From the NCBI RefSeq assembly GCF_009914755.1, contig NC_060942.1: a DNA stretch of 64,000 bases. The stretch is one strand, 5' to 3'. A model generated the notes under the pieces. It saw nothing but the letters and a program-made list of their open reading frames with translations, was not told the DNA's origin and did no database searches. Shown here piece by piece: positions 14,741 through 26,674 of the stretch. Source of the DNA: the human T2T-CHM13v2.0 reference genome, Homo sapiens. The stretch's first letter is position 1. Each line of letters opens with the position of its first letter. Position numbers and translations under genes: made by a program.

Positions 14741-16054
14741 ACCACAGTGAAATGAATTTTGGCATTTCATAGAGTGACATAACCATCTCCATATCAAATT
14801 ATGGATGGTTCATAACTCCAAATAATTTCCTGTGTCCCTTTATATTTATGTCATTCACACAACCTTGTATCTGGCACCGCTCTTCTCTGTCCTTAAATTT
14901 TGCCTTCTCCATTTATTACAAAATTGTCCATTCTACGGGTGGAATGCCACTTAAATGGAATAATAATGTATGCAGACTTTTGATTCTCCTTTCATTTATT
15001 TTACCTGTTCAAGAAAGAAAAAAGCTGGCATGCTTGCTACAGGTTGCTTCCTCATCAAGTACTATATTCAGCCTTTCTAGCCCAGCTCTCACACCCTGCA
15101 TCCTATACCATTCCAGCATTCAGGAAATGTCCAATAGGGGAAAATGACCATGTACTCGAAGTTCCTCTAGATTCTAAACTGCATGGCAATTCACATGGTC
15201 AGTTTGTACATTTAATAAATGAAACGGTAAATAATTTGAAGACCGTGTAAAGATGACCTTTAATAATAATGTTACTAACTCTGTGAATTCGACTTAACTC
15301 AGGAGACTGTCAACACTTCTAACTTAGCGTATACAGGGTACATCATATGTGCGAGAAGTGCTACACAGCTTCATGATTTTGCAAGAATGTATTTGCAGCA
15401 TGTGGAACAGGAAGCAGCTGCTCCTCCTCTGTTTACTTCAGTGTAATGTTAACGCAATTCTAATACGAACACATTACTCTTTTGCCATTTAATGTAAAGA
15501 AAGTCTATTATAAACAGTAACAAACAGCTGGATTCAGTGATGGCCTTTTTATCTTCAAATACACTTAACTTTTAATTAAAGTATTTTTTCTTAGTAATGT
15601 CATTAATACATAAAAGCATCTAGGCCTAATGAGTGGAAATTTTCCCATCATTTAGGGAGGAGTTGTAATTACGCTCAGGCCTCATGGCTGCCGTTTAGGA
15701 AATTGCAAACACAGTTCACTAAATGGCACTTTTATCAAAAGACTTGCATAGCATCCAAGTTGTTAGTCACAGTAAAGGCAGGTCTCCCACGTGGGTTTAC
15801 AAGGGAAACCGGAACAGCTTCGTTTTGCATGTGTAAGCCAACACCCATATTACACTCACTAGAAGTGGTTCAGAGGATGCTAAATTTGTATAATAAAAAT
15901 TATTTATTGTTTATACGTATAAACAGTTAAGTGTGTTTTCAGATACCCACAATCTTATCTTATTAGCATACCTGAGATTTTCTAGAAATTTCAATGTTAC
16001 TTTAGATTATCTGTTATTTGTAATTAGTGTTTTTAAGCATTATACTGAATGTGT

Positions 16055-16160
16055 AAATGTGTTTATGTACATATGTACATATATGTACACACACATATAT
16101 ACATATGTATGTGTACATATATACATATGTGTATATATACATATTTACACACATATATAT
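16055..16160. repeat. TA/TG/CA low-complexity repeat
   Basis: atgtacatatgtacatatatgtacacacacatatat... Confidence 0.9.
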
Positions 16161-16749
16161 GATTCCAGAAGGTTCACTGATATAATCTTCATTAGTCAAC
16201 AGGTATTTATTGGGTGTTTATTATGCCCCAAGCACTAGCTATGCAACTGTGAATAATGGCCCTTGTCCTTCCGGAAATTTTAACCAAATAAGCAAAAAAG
16301 ACTCTAAGAAAGCAATATAACACAAGGAAATGCCAAAGATAGCCCCATTAACATAACCAGGATTTAACTCTATCTTTCCTTTAACAAAGGACATTTTTAT
16401 CCTCTAAAATAATAGTAGCATATAGTATCAATTCCAAATTAGCAAATGAGAAAAGACAAAATATAGTGACCTGATAAATTAGGCAAGTATCAAGTACAGG
16501 TGAAAGGGAAATGACAAATAAGTAGTAGGCATACATACAATGTGAGGACTAGAGTATAACAGGTCTCACTAAATAATGGGCCAACTGCTTGTTAAAGGGA
16601 ATTTATAAGAACTACATTAAATTACATTTTATGAAATGTAATATGAAGGGATGGGTAGCTAAATACTAAAACAAAAAGGTGGGATGTGAGTAAACAGAAG
16701 AACTGCAAAACTAATACTGATGCAAGAAGATTAAAGACACTACGAAGGC

Positions 16750-16785
16750 CTATGTGCCCCAAAAAATTAAAAATTAAAAAAAAAG
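16750..16785 (+). mobile_element. Extremely 5'-truncated L1 (L1MA-like terminus plus A-tail) with TSD
   Basis: ctatgtgccccaaaaaattaaaaattaaaaaaaaa is flanked by the exact direct repeat cactacgaaggc (16738-16749, 16786-16797), with TT|AAAG just upstream. Confidence 0.7.
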
Positions 16786-17054
16786 CACTACGAAGGCAAA
16801 CAACATTTTCAGAGACAAATTGTTAAAAATTCAAATAAAACTTGGAAAAGCAAACTATATTGGGATATTTCAATCTATCCCAATCAATTCTAATAGCCAA
16901 AAATATAAGTAAAGAAATGGGTGAAATGAATAATCATCCTAATAGGTATATAGAAAATATTCATTTTATTATATCCATGGAACAATTAGATAATTGATTA
17001 CATAGTTAGCATCCCCCAAAAGACATATTAAAAAATAAATTTAAATTATAAAAT

Positions 17055-17859
17055 TAGTGCTAGCTATATTCTCTATTCATAGTATACATATAGAAGTTAA
17101 TAATAAAATAAATAATAAAATATAACATATAAAAATATATTTGCAAAAGAATGCTTATTGCAACATTTTTGTAGTACAACATATGTACCACATTTTGTTG
17201 ATTCTTCTTCATTTGGGTTGCTTCCACCTTTTGGCTACTGTGAATAATGCTGTTATGAACATAGGTATGCAAATATCTCTTCATGAGCCTGTTTTTGGAT
17301 ATATACCCAGATATATCCAAATTATTTTTGAATATGGGGTGAGGTATGAATCCAACTTCATTTTTTTACATGTGGATATTCAGCATGTTCAGCATACCAT
17401 GGTGGATCACGATGATTCTATTGAATTTTTGAGAAACCACTATACTGTTTTCCATAATGGTGACACCATTTTACATCCCCACCAACAATACACAAGAGTT
17501 CCAATATCTCCACATTCTTGCCAACTGTAGTTATTATTTCTCTCTCCTTCCCACTTTTCTTTCTTTCTTCCTTTTTCTTTTCCTTCTTTCTTTCTTTCTT
17601 TCCTTTCTTTTCTTTTTCTTTCTTTCATCTTTCTCTCTTTTGTCTTTCTCTCTTTCTTTCTTCCCTCCCTCTCTCCCTCGCTTCCTTTCCTTCGTTCCTT
17701 CCTTCCTTCCATCTCTTTTTCTTCCTTCCCTCCTCTCTTCTTTTTTCTTTCTTCCCTCCCTTCTTCCCTGTGTCCCTCCATCCTTCTCTCCCTCCCTTTC
17801 TTCCTCCTTCTTTTGCTTTTCCTTTGAAAATAGCTATTCTAATGGACATGAGGTGATAT
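17055..17859 (-). mobile_element. L1MA/MB fragment (ORF2 end/3' UTR), antisense, with an expanded pyrimidine tract
   Basis: catttgggttgcttccaccttttggctactgtgaataatgctgttatgaacatagg ... tagctattctaatggacatgaggtgatat. Confidence 0.8.
17538..17822. repeat. Polypyrimidine (CTTT/CCTT) low-complexity tract
   Basis: About 280 bp of almost pure C/T on the + strand. Confidence 0.95.
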
Positions 17860-18660
17860 TGTCACAGGATCCTTGCGGTGTCACTTTGCCACCCAGAAAC
17901 CTCTGTGGCTGGTGGCCCTTTGCCCAAGATTTTATTCAGGCCTGCTGGGCTCATTCTGCCCACTCAACCTGGCAGTCTGCATTCATCTTGTGCTACCAAC
18001 CTGAATATCATGCCTGCCAAGGGTGAGCCAGGTGCAGAGCTATGAGGGGTGTGTAAGCAAGCAAGCATGCGGTTCAGCCACTGCACACAGCCAGGCACAC
18101 CAGTTGTGGAGGGGGTGGCAGTTACAGACACCAGCACAGGTGCTGCTCCCTGTAAGGCTGCAGCTGGACCAGGTGTACCACAAGCAGGTTCTACAGCTGG
18201 CACCAGAGAACACAGTGGCTCTTGGAAGCTTGGAGACAACAGGAACTGCAGAGCCCCAGAGTGGGTGTCACAGCCCTGGCTTGGGGAGTTCCTAGGTCTG
18301 GTCTCCCCAAAGGGCCACAGCTCTTCTCCCCTTTTCTCTTCTTTCCTTGTTTTTACCTGCAATGTGGTGATCAAGTGGTGTATTTCAGCCCTGTTTGCAT
18401 TACAGCTCTTTTAGCCCCACCATTCGGCAGGTCCCAAATTCTTGTCCTTTGTCCAGGAAGAATAAGATACACAGACAAGTGGAAGGTAAGCAAGGAGAAG
18501 AGGAGCTTTATTGAACAACAGAACAGCTCAGAGGAGACCTGCACTGCGTAGCTCCTCTCCACAGGCAGTGTGTCCTGATGAGTGTTCAGTTCTCAGCAGA
18601 GAGAAGACCCTGCAGTGGGTAGCTCCTCTCTGCAGCTGGTAGTCTCTACATCTACCCAGC
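17860..18660 (-). mobile_element. MER52-family (ERV1) LTR, partial
   Basis: Starts tgtcacaggatccttgcggtgtcactttgccacccagaaacctctgtggc and contains repeated gtagctcctctc motifs. The other terminus is absent; orientation is from recalled consensus. Confidence 0.75.
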
Positions 18661-18675
18661 TGTCGCACAGTATGG

Positions 18676-19113
18676 TGTGATGGTTAATACTGTCAACTTG
18701 ATTGGATTGAAGGATGCAAAATACTGATTCTGGTTGTGTCTGTGAGGGTGTTGCCAAAGGAGATTAACACTTGAGTCAGTGGGCTGAGAAAGGCAGGCCC
18801 ACCCTTACTCTGGGGGAACACCCCCTAATCAGCCGCCAGTGCAGCTGGAATATAAAGCAGGCAGAAAAATGTGAAAAGATGAGACTGGCCTAGGTTCCCA
18901 GCCTTCATCTTTCTCCTGTGCTGGGCCCTTCCTGCGCTTGAACATTGGACTCCCAGTCCTTAAGTATTGGGACTCAGACTGGCTTTCCTTGCTCCTTAGC
19001 TTGTAGACAGCCTATTGTGGGACCTTGTGATCATGTGAGTTAATACTTAATAACCTCCCCTTTATATACATATCTATCCTATTAGTTCTGTCTCGAGAAC
19101 CCTGATTAATACA
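18676..19113 (+). mobile_element. MLT2A 5' LTR of HERV-L provirus
   Basis: tgtgatggttaatactgtcaacttgattggattgaaggatgcaaa ... gagaaccctgattaataca; preceded by TATGG (18671-18675). Confidence 0.95.
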
Positions 19114-19992
19114 AATTTTGGTACCAAGAGTGGTTCTAGAGGAACAGAATACTAAGGATGGAGTTCCTTCATTGGTTTGGGGGTTTCTGGAGTTGGCTGC
19201 TTAATATGATTACACACCAAAATGCTAAGGATTCTACTTATAATAGTGTGGAGAACACTGATAGTCCTTGGCGTGACCTGTTTAGAGAGTTATGCAAAAT
19301 AAATGCCTTTGAAATTCCTGCTTCACTGCTCGTGAGAGGCAAGGACTTTAGTGACTCTATACGTAATACCTTTGACCATATGTGGAGAACCAAGGAACAA
19401 TAATGAAGTTGGTTGGTTGCTCCTCAGTTCAGTGGACAAAGTTAGGGCATCCCTTAGTATCATCATGCCCTGTGATTAAGGTCAATGAGAAACTACAACA
19501 GCTTTGTCCAGGCAGGACTACAAATGGCCCAGACCCTTCAGGAATGAAGGTTTGGATCACTCCACCAAGAAAAAATAAAAAATGACCTGCTGAGGTGCTT
19601 CCTGAAGGCAAAGGGAACACAGAATGCGTAGTAGAAGAAGGTAGTCATCAGTACCAGCTACAACCACATGACCAGCTGCAGAATTGTCATGAGTATTTCC
19701 TCCTTTTGTTAAAAACATGTTTGTGCATGTATACACTTGTACTAAGAAAACATCTTCATTTTATTTCCTTTTCCCTTTATCATGTAACATAAGACTTATT
19801 GACTTCATATCAGCGTTTAAGTATTGTTAACTTAATGTAATAGTATTTGGGTTGGGGATTGGTGCGTTTCCAGTTGTATGAAGGATAGTTGTATTATGTT
19901 AGGCATAATTATGACCTTATTATTGTTTTTATTTGAAGATTATGTGTGATCTCAGGAGATGTGTATGGGTTCAAATTGACAAGGGGTGGATT
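19114..19992 (+). mobile_element. HERV-L internal region with large internal deletion (gag start fused to the extreme 3' internal region)
   Basis: Leader ttttggtaccaagagtggttctagagg; gag N-terminal remnant in ORF 19158-19403 (GFWSWLLNMI..DSPWRDLFRELCKI); jump near 19442 to 3' internal sequence (PVIKVNEKLQQ..GPDPSGMKVW); PPT-like aaggggtgga before the 3' LTR. Confidence 0.9.
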
Positions 19993-20368
19993 TGTGATGG
20001 TTAATACCGAGTGTTGACTTGATTGGATTGAAGGATGCAAAGTATTAATCCTGGGTGTGTCTGTGAGGGTGTTGCCAAAGGAGATTAACATGTGAGTCAG
20101 TGGGCTGGGGAAGGCAGACACACCCTTAATCTGGATGGGCACCATCTAAACAGCTGCCAGTGAATATAAAGCAGGTAGAAAAACATGAAAAAGTGATACT
20201 GGCCTAGACTCCCAACCTACATCTTTCTCCTGGGCTGGGTACTTCCTGTCCTTGAACATCAGACTCCAAGTTCTTAAGTTTTGGAACTTGGACTGGCTGC
20301 CTTTGCTCCTCAGCCTGCAGATGGCCTATTGTGGAACCTGGTGATCATGTGAGTTAATACTTAATAAA

Positions 20369-20426
<58 letters not shown>

Positions 20427-21510
20427 TATCAGGGGAAATTCAGCCAGATGTCAGGCTGAATATTTCACGTAGGTTCTTTTCTATTTTCCCTAAGTGTTGG
20501 TCAGTCTGAGAAATAAAGGGACAGAGCGCAAAACAGAGAAATTTTAAAGCTGGGTGTCCGGGGGAGACATTACATGTCGGCAGGTTCCGTGATGCCCCCT
20601 GAGCCCCCAAATCAGCAAGTTTTTATTAGTGATTTTCAAAAGGGGAGGGGATGTACGAATAGGATGTGGGTCACAGATCACGTGCTTCACAAGGTAACAG
20701 AATATCACAAGGCAAATGGAGGCAGGGCGAGATCACAGGACCGCAGGACCCGGGCAAAATTAAAATTGTTAATGAAGTTTCGGGCATGCATTGTCATTGA
20801 TAACATCTTATCAGGAGACAGGGTTTGAGAGCAGACAACTGGTCTGACCAAAAATTTATTAGGCGGGAATTTCCTCGTCCTAATAAGCCTGGGAGCACTA
20901 TGGGAGACTGGGGCTTATTTCATCCCTACAGCTCAACCATAAAAAAACGGCCGCCCCCCGAAGCGGCCATTTTAGAGGCCTACCCTCAGGGACGCATTCT
21001 CTTTCTCAGGGATGTTCCTTGCTGAGAAAAATAATTCAGCGATATTTCTCCCATTTGCTTTTGAAAGAAGGGAAATATGGCTCCGTTCTGCCTGGCTCAC
21101 CGGCGGTAAGAGTTTAAGGTGATCTCTCTTGTTCCCTGAACGTTGCTGTTATCCTGTTCTTTTTTCAAGGTGCCCAGATTTCATATTGTTCAAACACACA
21201 TGCCCTACAAACAATTTGTGCAGTTAACGCAATCATCACAGGGTCCTGAGGTGACATACATCCTCCTCAGCTTATGAGATGACAGGATTAAGAGATTAAA
21301 GTAAAGACAGGCATAGGAAATCACAAGGGTATTGATTGGAGAAGTGATAAGTGTCCATGAAATCTTCACAATTTATGTTCAGAGATTGCAGTAAAGACAG
21401 GCATAAGAAATTATAAAAGTATTAATTTGGGGAACTAATAAATGTCCATGAAATCTTCACAATCCACGTTCTTCTGCCATGGCTTCAGCCGGTCCCTCTG
21501 TTCGGGGACA
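20427..21510 (-). mobile_element. MER11 (HERV-K11/HML8) solo LTR, MER11A-like
   Basis: Reverse complement reads gagggaccggctgaagccatggcagaagaacgtggattgtgaagatttcatggacatttattagttccccaaatt..., with the characteristic internal repeats. Left end is tatcaggggaaattcagccagat. Confidence 0.92.
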
Positions 21511-21704
21511 TAAATATGTACATATGTGTGTACATATATGCACATATGTGTGTACATATATGTGTACGCACATATGCACTTGCGTGTGTACATATATGCA
21601 CATATGTGTGCGTACATATATATGCACACGTGTGTGTGTACATATATATATGCACACATGTGTGTGTGTACATATATATGTGTGTGTGTGTGTATGTGTA
21701 TATA
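21511..21704. repeat. Compound TA/TG/CA microsatellite
   Basis: Repeated atatgtgtgtacatat-like units. Confidence 0.92.
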
Positions 21705-21750
21705 TTCCATTAATTCTGTCCCTCTAGACAACCCTGACTAATACATATGG

Positions 21751-21910
21751 TAAGACTATATTCAGTTTTGTAAGAAACGGCCAACTTTGTTCCAAAGTGG
21801 CTGTGATATTTTGCATTTCCACTGGCATATGCATTCTGATTGCTCCACATTTTTGTCAGCATTTGGTTTCATCATATTCTGTATTTTGGCCATTCTAATA
21901 TGTATGCCAG
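21751..21910 (-). mobile_element. L1MB-like fragment, host of the HERV-L insertion
   Basis: tatgg|taagactatattcagttttgtaagaaacggccaactttgttccaaagtggctgt matches the antisense L1 ORF2 end. Confidence 0.8.
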
Positions 21911-23449
21911 TAAATAGATTTATTTTTACTGTTTTTAGTATTGTGTGGCAAATTGTTTATTAAATATTTATTTTTGTTAAAGATATCTTTCAAACATTAT
22001 ATATATAATATAAAATATATATGTGTGTGTATATATAATATTCCATTTAAAAACTGAAAGTATACCATCTTTCCAGTGTTTATCTCACTATTTACTGGGT
22101 ATATAGCCATTTTGATACAATCTTCTCTATATTTATTTCTTATTGCTCAAGACTTTTCCTACCTAATTATAGCATACTTTATTCTCCACATAAATGCATT
22201 TTATTACCAACCGTAAGCTGGATAATATCAGGTGTTCGAGAAATAGTTGCAAAGTATTAGCAACATATCTCCTCCATTCATTGTGAGGTAATTTGACACT
22301 TCAAAAGATAGTAACATCACTTGTATCTGATAAAAGTGGAATCCACTAACATTATTTTTATTTCACAAGCCTCCCTAAATAATAAAGTGCTTAATACTAA
22401 GCAAAGCACTTCTCCTCTCTCTACTTATGAAAAACACTCTGACTTGATATCCTCTGTCACCTTCCTTCTGAGGCTTTTATCGACTTCACGGTAAAACTAC
22501 ACCTCTCAAATTTGACAAAGCAATGGAATCCCGTATTTTAATAGAGGATTATGGTTTTATGGCTTTAAAAATCTTCCTTGCTTCAGTGTGCTACTTAGTT
22601 TCAGCTTAAATCTCTAATACTGCTGGCTTTGATCAGTGACATTTGTAGGATTGGTGAAGTGTTTACTTCAAAGAAATTGTGTGCTTTATCCAATGTTTAA
22701 GGATTTTTAATGTAAACATTTTCAGGTATTCTAAAGTACATTCTAATAGAAAGTCTTTATTTGGGTTTATCATTGCAATACAAGTCAGGCCTATAAAATT
22801 ATATAATATAATTTTATGAAACAAATCAACTTACAGTACAAATGAGTCTTGCTTACCTAAAAGAGGTCACATAGAGGAGATACATACTTATCCAATCATA
22901 GTGTCTCTGCACAAAACCTTTTAAAAAGAGTATTGCTTTTGGGATCAGTCAGTGAGTCCTCAATGGTACTCGCTGATATCTTTAATTAATCTTGAGTAGA
23001 CTCTTTCTGGTTCTCTACAGCAGCTGTTCTATATTCTTCCCACCTTCTTCTGCCTCTCTAATGTATTTTTGTTTGTTCACTTTCAAACGACCTTGATTCC
23101 TACTTTACCAGGGAAAAAATGAGCTCTTTACATACAATTTTCCTCGCCCTTACTCTGCTTCAACATATTCTCTAGTAATTCTTAACCTGTTGGGTTGTAG
23201 AACACATTGAGACTAATAAAAATCAAGTGTCATATAGAATGTCAACCCATAATATTAAGGGTAGAGGCTCTGTGATCCCCTTTGTGCTACCATTTTTTCT
23301 GGGGTATCTGAGTGAATTAACTTAAATGCTGCTCAAATCTTTCTTTTTATTTTATTTTCTTTTTTTCTTCTTAGACCTACCTCATTTGTCATCTGCTTGA
23401 AATTATAAAGCAAACCTTCTCTGTGCCATGGTACTCAATTCTTTTTGCT

Positions 23450-23960
23450 TGGAAGTCAATATTTTCCAAAGTAAATTCATGATCTTCCCACTCAAATATG
23501 CTCCTGTTCTAATCCTGCCTTTATCTCGATGACTGAGTTTTTGATGATGCCTGTCATGTTTCGAATAACTCATCTCATTTCCAGCCCAAGTCTCACTGCT
23601 CAATGCCAGCGCAGCTCCTCACCAAGCCCACCTAACTTAGAGCCATCCCCAACTCCTTTCTCTCCATCTCAAACATCCAATCAACTACCAAGACTGTTAA
23701 ATTATATCCAAACATTCTACCCCTTGAAATCATCCTCATCCTCCTGTGAGGATCTCACCATTTCTCCTGTGGATTCTGCTTGGGGCTCCCTGACTGCTCT
23801 CCACATTGTCACGGGAGTTACCGCCTTGTAATGCACAGCTCACTAGAGGGAAGCCCTGCTGCAAATTCTCCAGCACATCTGCGTCACCTGCAGGACAAAC
23901 TCCGAACAGCACAGCCTGGCTAATTCATCCATTTGCTATGTCATTCACTGCCTGACCCTT
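23450..23960 (+). mobile_element. L2 fragment
   Basis: catccaatcaactaccaagactg...atctcaccatttctcctgtggattctgc...gctccctgactgctctcc are diverged L2 motifs. Confidence 0.55.
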
Positions 23961-24084
23961 CTTAATTTTTCAGACTACTGTTTTAATTTCCCTTTTTAAA
24001 TTGATACAGCAAAGGAAATAATCAACAAAGTGAAGAGACAAGCTACAGATGGAAGATAATATTTGCAAACTTCCATCTTCCATC

Positions 24085-24402
24085 TTATATCGTTTGGCTG
24101 TGTCCCCACCCAAATCTCACCTTGAATTGTAGCTCCCATAGATAACTGAATCATGGGGGCAGTTTCCCCCATACTGTTCTCATGTTAATGAACAAGTCTC
24201 ATGAGATCTGATGGTTTTAAGGGGAAACTCCTTTCACTTGGCTCTCAGTTCTCTCTTGTCTGCCACCATGTACAACGTGCCTTTCGCCTTCTGTCATGAT
24301 TATGAGGCTTCCCCAGCCATGTGGAACTCAAACCTCTCTTTCTTTATAAATTACCAAGTCTCAGGAATGTCTTTATCAGCAGTGTGATAACAGACTAACA
24401 CA
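24085..24402 (+). mobile_element. THE1B/C (MaLR) solo LTR
   Basis: tttggctgtgtccccacccaaatctcaccttgaattgtagctcccata ... cagactaacaca; TSD ccatc/caatc. Confidence 0.9.
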
Positions 24403-24485
24403 CAATCCAATAAGAGAGTAATAATCAGAATTTATAAGGAACTGAATTCAATAGAAAAAAATAACTGATTTAAAAATGGGCAAAA

Positions 24486-24844
<359 letters not shown>

Positions 24845-25061
24845 TTAAAAACAGCTCAATGTCACTAATCAGAGAAATGCAAATGAAAACCACAATGAGA
24901 AACAATCTCATCCCAGTTAAACTGGTTTGTATCAAAAAGGCAGAAATAACCAATGCTTGCTGGCAAGAATTTGGAGGAAGGGTAACACATACACTGTTGG
25001 TGAGAGTGTAAATTAGTACAGCCACTATGGAAAAAAGACCACTTTTATATGAAATGGTATC

Positions 25062-25580
25062 ACTTTTTAATTGCTATATAATTGACATATAATAAAATGT
25101 ATACATTTTTAGGTACATTTTTATGAGGCTTGACAAATGATACACCCATATAACTGCCATCTCAATAAAAGGAGAGAATGTTTGCATCTTTCCAGAAAGT
25201 TCCCTATGCTCCTTCCATCAATCCCTGTCTCACCAGCCAGCATCAACCCAGTGCAGTAGTGGTTGTGATTTCTGTTACTATAGAATAGATTTATTATTTC
25301 TAGAATTTCATATGTATGTGTGATTTTTTTCCCTCATAATAATATTCTCACTATTCAAAAATGTTGAGTTTATATCAGTAGTTTATTCCTTGCATTGCCT
25401 AGTAGTATTCCATTCAGAATATAGCACAATTTGTTTATCCATTCTCCCATTTATGTATATGTGTTTTTTCTGGTATAGTCTGTTATTAAAAAGCTGCTAG
25501 GAATATTCTTGAACAAGTCATTTGGTGAAAATGAGTTTTTATCTCTTTTAGATAAATGCCTAAAATTGAGACTGCTGAGG
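25062..25580 (-). mobile_element. L1ME-like 3' end, antisense
   Basis: ttttaattgctatataattgacatataataaaatgtatacattt ... gcacaatttgtttatccattctcc. Confidence 0.7.
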
Positions 25581-25611
25581 GGTGAATTGTGGAGATCTGT
25601 TCAAAGATTTA

Positions 25612-25700
25612 AGTTGTATCTGCTCACTGTGATATCTCCAGTGTCTGCAGCAGCACCTGGCCAATAACAGATGCCTACAAACATTAGTTGAAAGAACAGA
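25612..25700 (+). mobile_element. L2 3' end
   Basis: ctcactgtgatatctccagtgtctgcagcagcacctggc...aaacattagttgaa. Confidence 0.55.
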
Positions 25701-25851
25701 TGGTTAAACAACCTTCATTGATCATTTATTCTGAGTGATGTGATATCCTTAGAACAAATAACAATACATATTGTCCTAGCAGTACATATGGATTCCAGGC
25801 AAAAGAGTGTTCATTTTTATTATTTTGTCGGAGTGTGCAATGGGGAAAACT

Positions 25852-25968
25852 TTGGTGGGAAATGTCGATAATGAGGGAGGCTGTGTATGTGTGAGGGCAG
25901 GGAATATATGGAAACCCTCTGGACTTTTCTCTCACATTTGCTAAAATATATAATTGTTCTAAAATAAC
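25852..25968 (+). mobile_element. L1MC/MD 3' terminus
   Basis: gataatgagggaggctgtgtatgtgtgagggcagggaatatatggaaaccctctggacttttc. Confidence 0.7.
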
Positions 25969-26674
25969 TAAGTCTGAGAAAAAATAATGGGGCAACCTTT
26001 CCTTGGCAGAAGACGAGTATTTTGGTTGTGGTGGCTTCCCACCGCGAGGAGCAGCTTCAATTTACCTTGTGCCCCACCTTGCTTCCCCTCCAACCCCTAT
26101 ATCTACTTTTGGAATCTTCCTGGAGGTTACAACCCACTTGAAGAGCTCTGTTTGAGATTTTAGCCTTGGTTGAATTAAGGAATTTTAGACTGAGAGCTTA
26201 ATTTCTCTAACCTCCATTAAAGCCTTAACTAACTGCCTTGTGGCTTATTCCTTCTCTAAGTAGTTGCAGCTTCTTATTGTGAGATTATTTTAGGCTTCCA
26301 CAGAAAAAATAAACAAGAAAACATAGTTTCAAGGGACCTTTTTGTGTGTGTGTGTTTCTTTAGAATTACAATCTCCTAGGCTTCACTGGATTTTGCCATG
26401 AATCTGTTCTTTGGTGCATTACAATGTCTTACAACTCATGAGTGCCCTACTTTGTTGATAGTACACTCCCCGGGGTTTTATTGTAAGCTATTGTTACTCT
26501 TACTTTTTAAATATCTCAAGATTTGGGAGAGGAGTGGTAAGTATATCATCAGCCAACATCTTTATATAGAACAGGCATTTATTCCAAATAATCTGTCATT
26601 TAAATTTACAAATTATATTATTTTTACATAGCTGTTTTTTCATTTCTCATGGTGGGAGTTCTTAACATGCAACA

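Larger units (their letters stand above)
19993..21745 (+). mobile_element. MLT2A 3' LTR of HERV-L, split by (TA)n, a MER11 LTR and a TA/TG expansion
   Basis: 19993-20372 repeats the 5' LTR. The terminal ~45 bp (ccattaattctgtccctctagacaaccctgactaataca) resumes at ~21705-21745 and is followed by TATGG (21746-21750). Confidence 0.92.

Noticed and set aside
17440-18026. Long ORFs including the 189-aa frame (also 26712-26960 and 30208-30573)
   Set aside because: Stop-free frames produced by polypurine/polypyrimidine tracts; low-complexity F/S/L or K/E/R peptides.
19158-19792. Retroviral ORFs as functional genes
   Set aside because: Short, stop-interrupted remnants of HERV-L internal sequence on either side of a large deletion.
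21295-21462. Repeated gtaaagacaggcata and tgtccatgaaatcttcacaat units resembling a spaced array
   Set aside because: Intrinsic internal repeats of the MER11 LTR; not CRISPR-like.
21435-21741. ORFs in all six frames (similar cases at 15933-16238 and 46721-47114)
   Set aside because: TA/TG/CA microsatellites lack stop codons.
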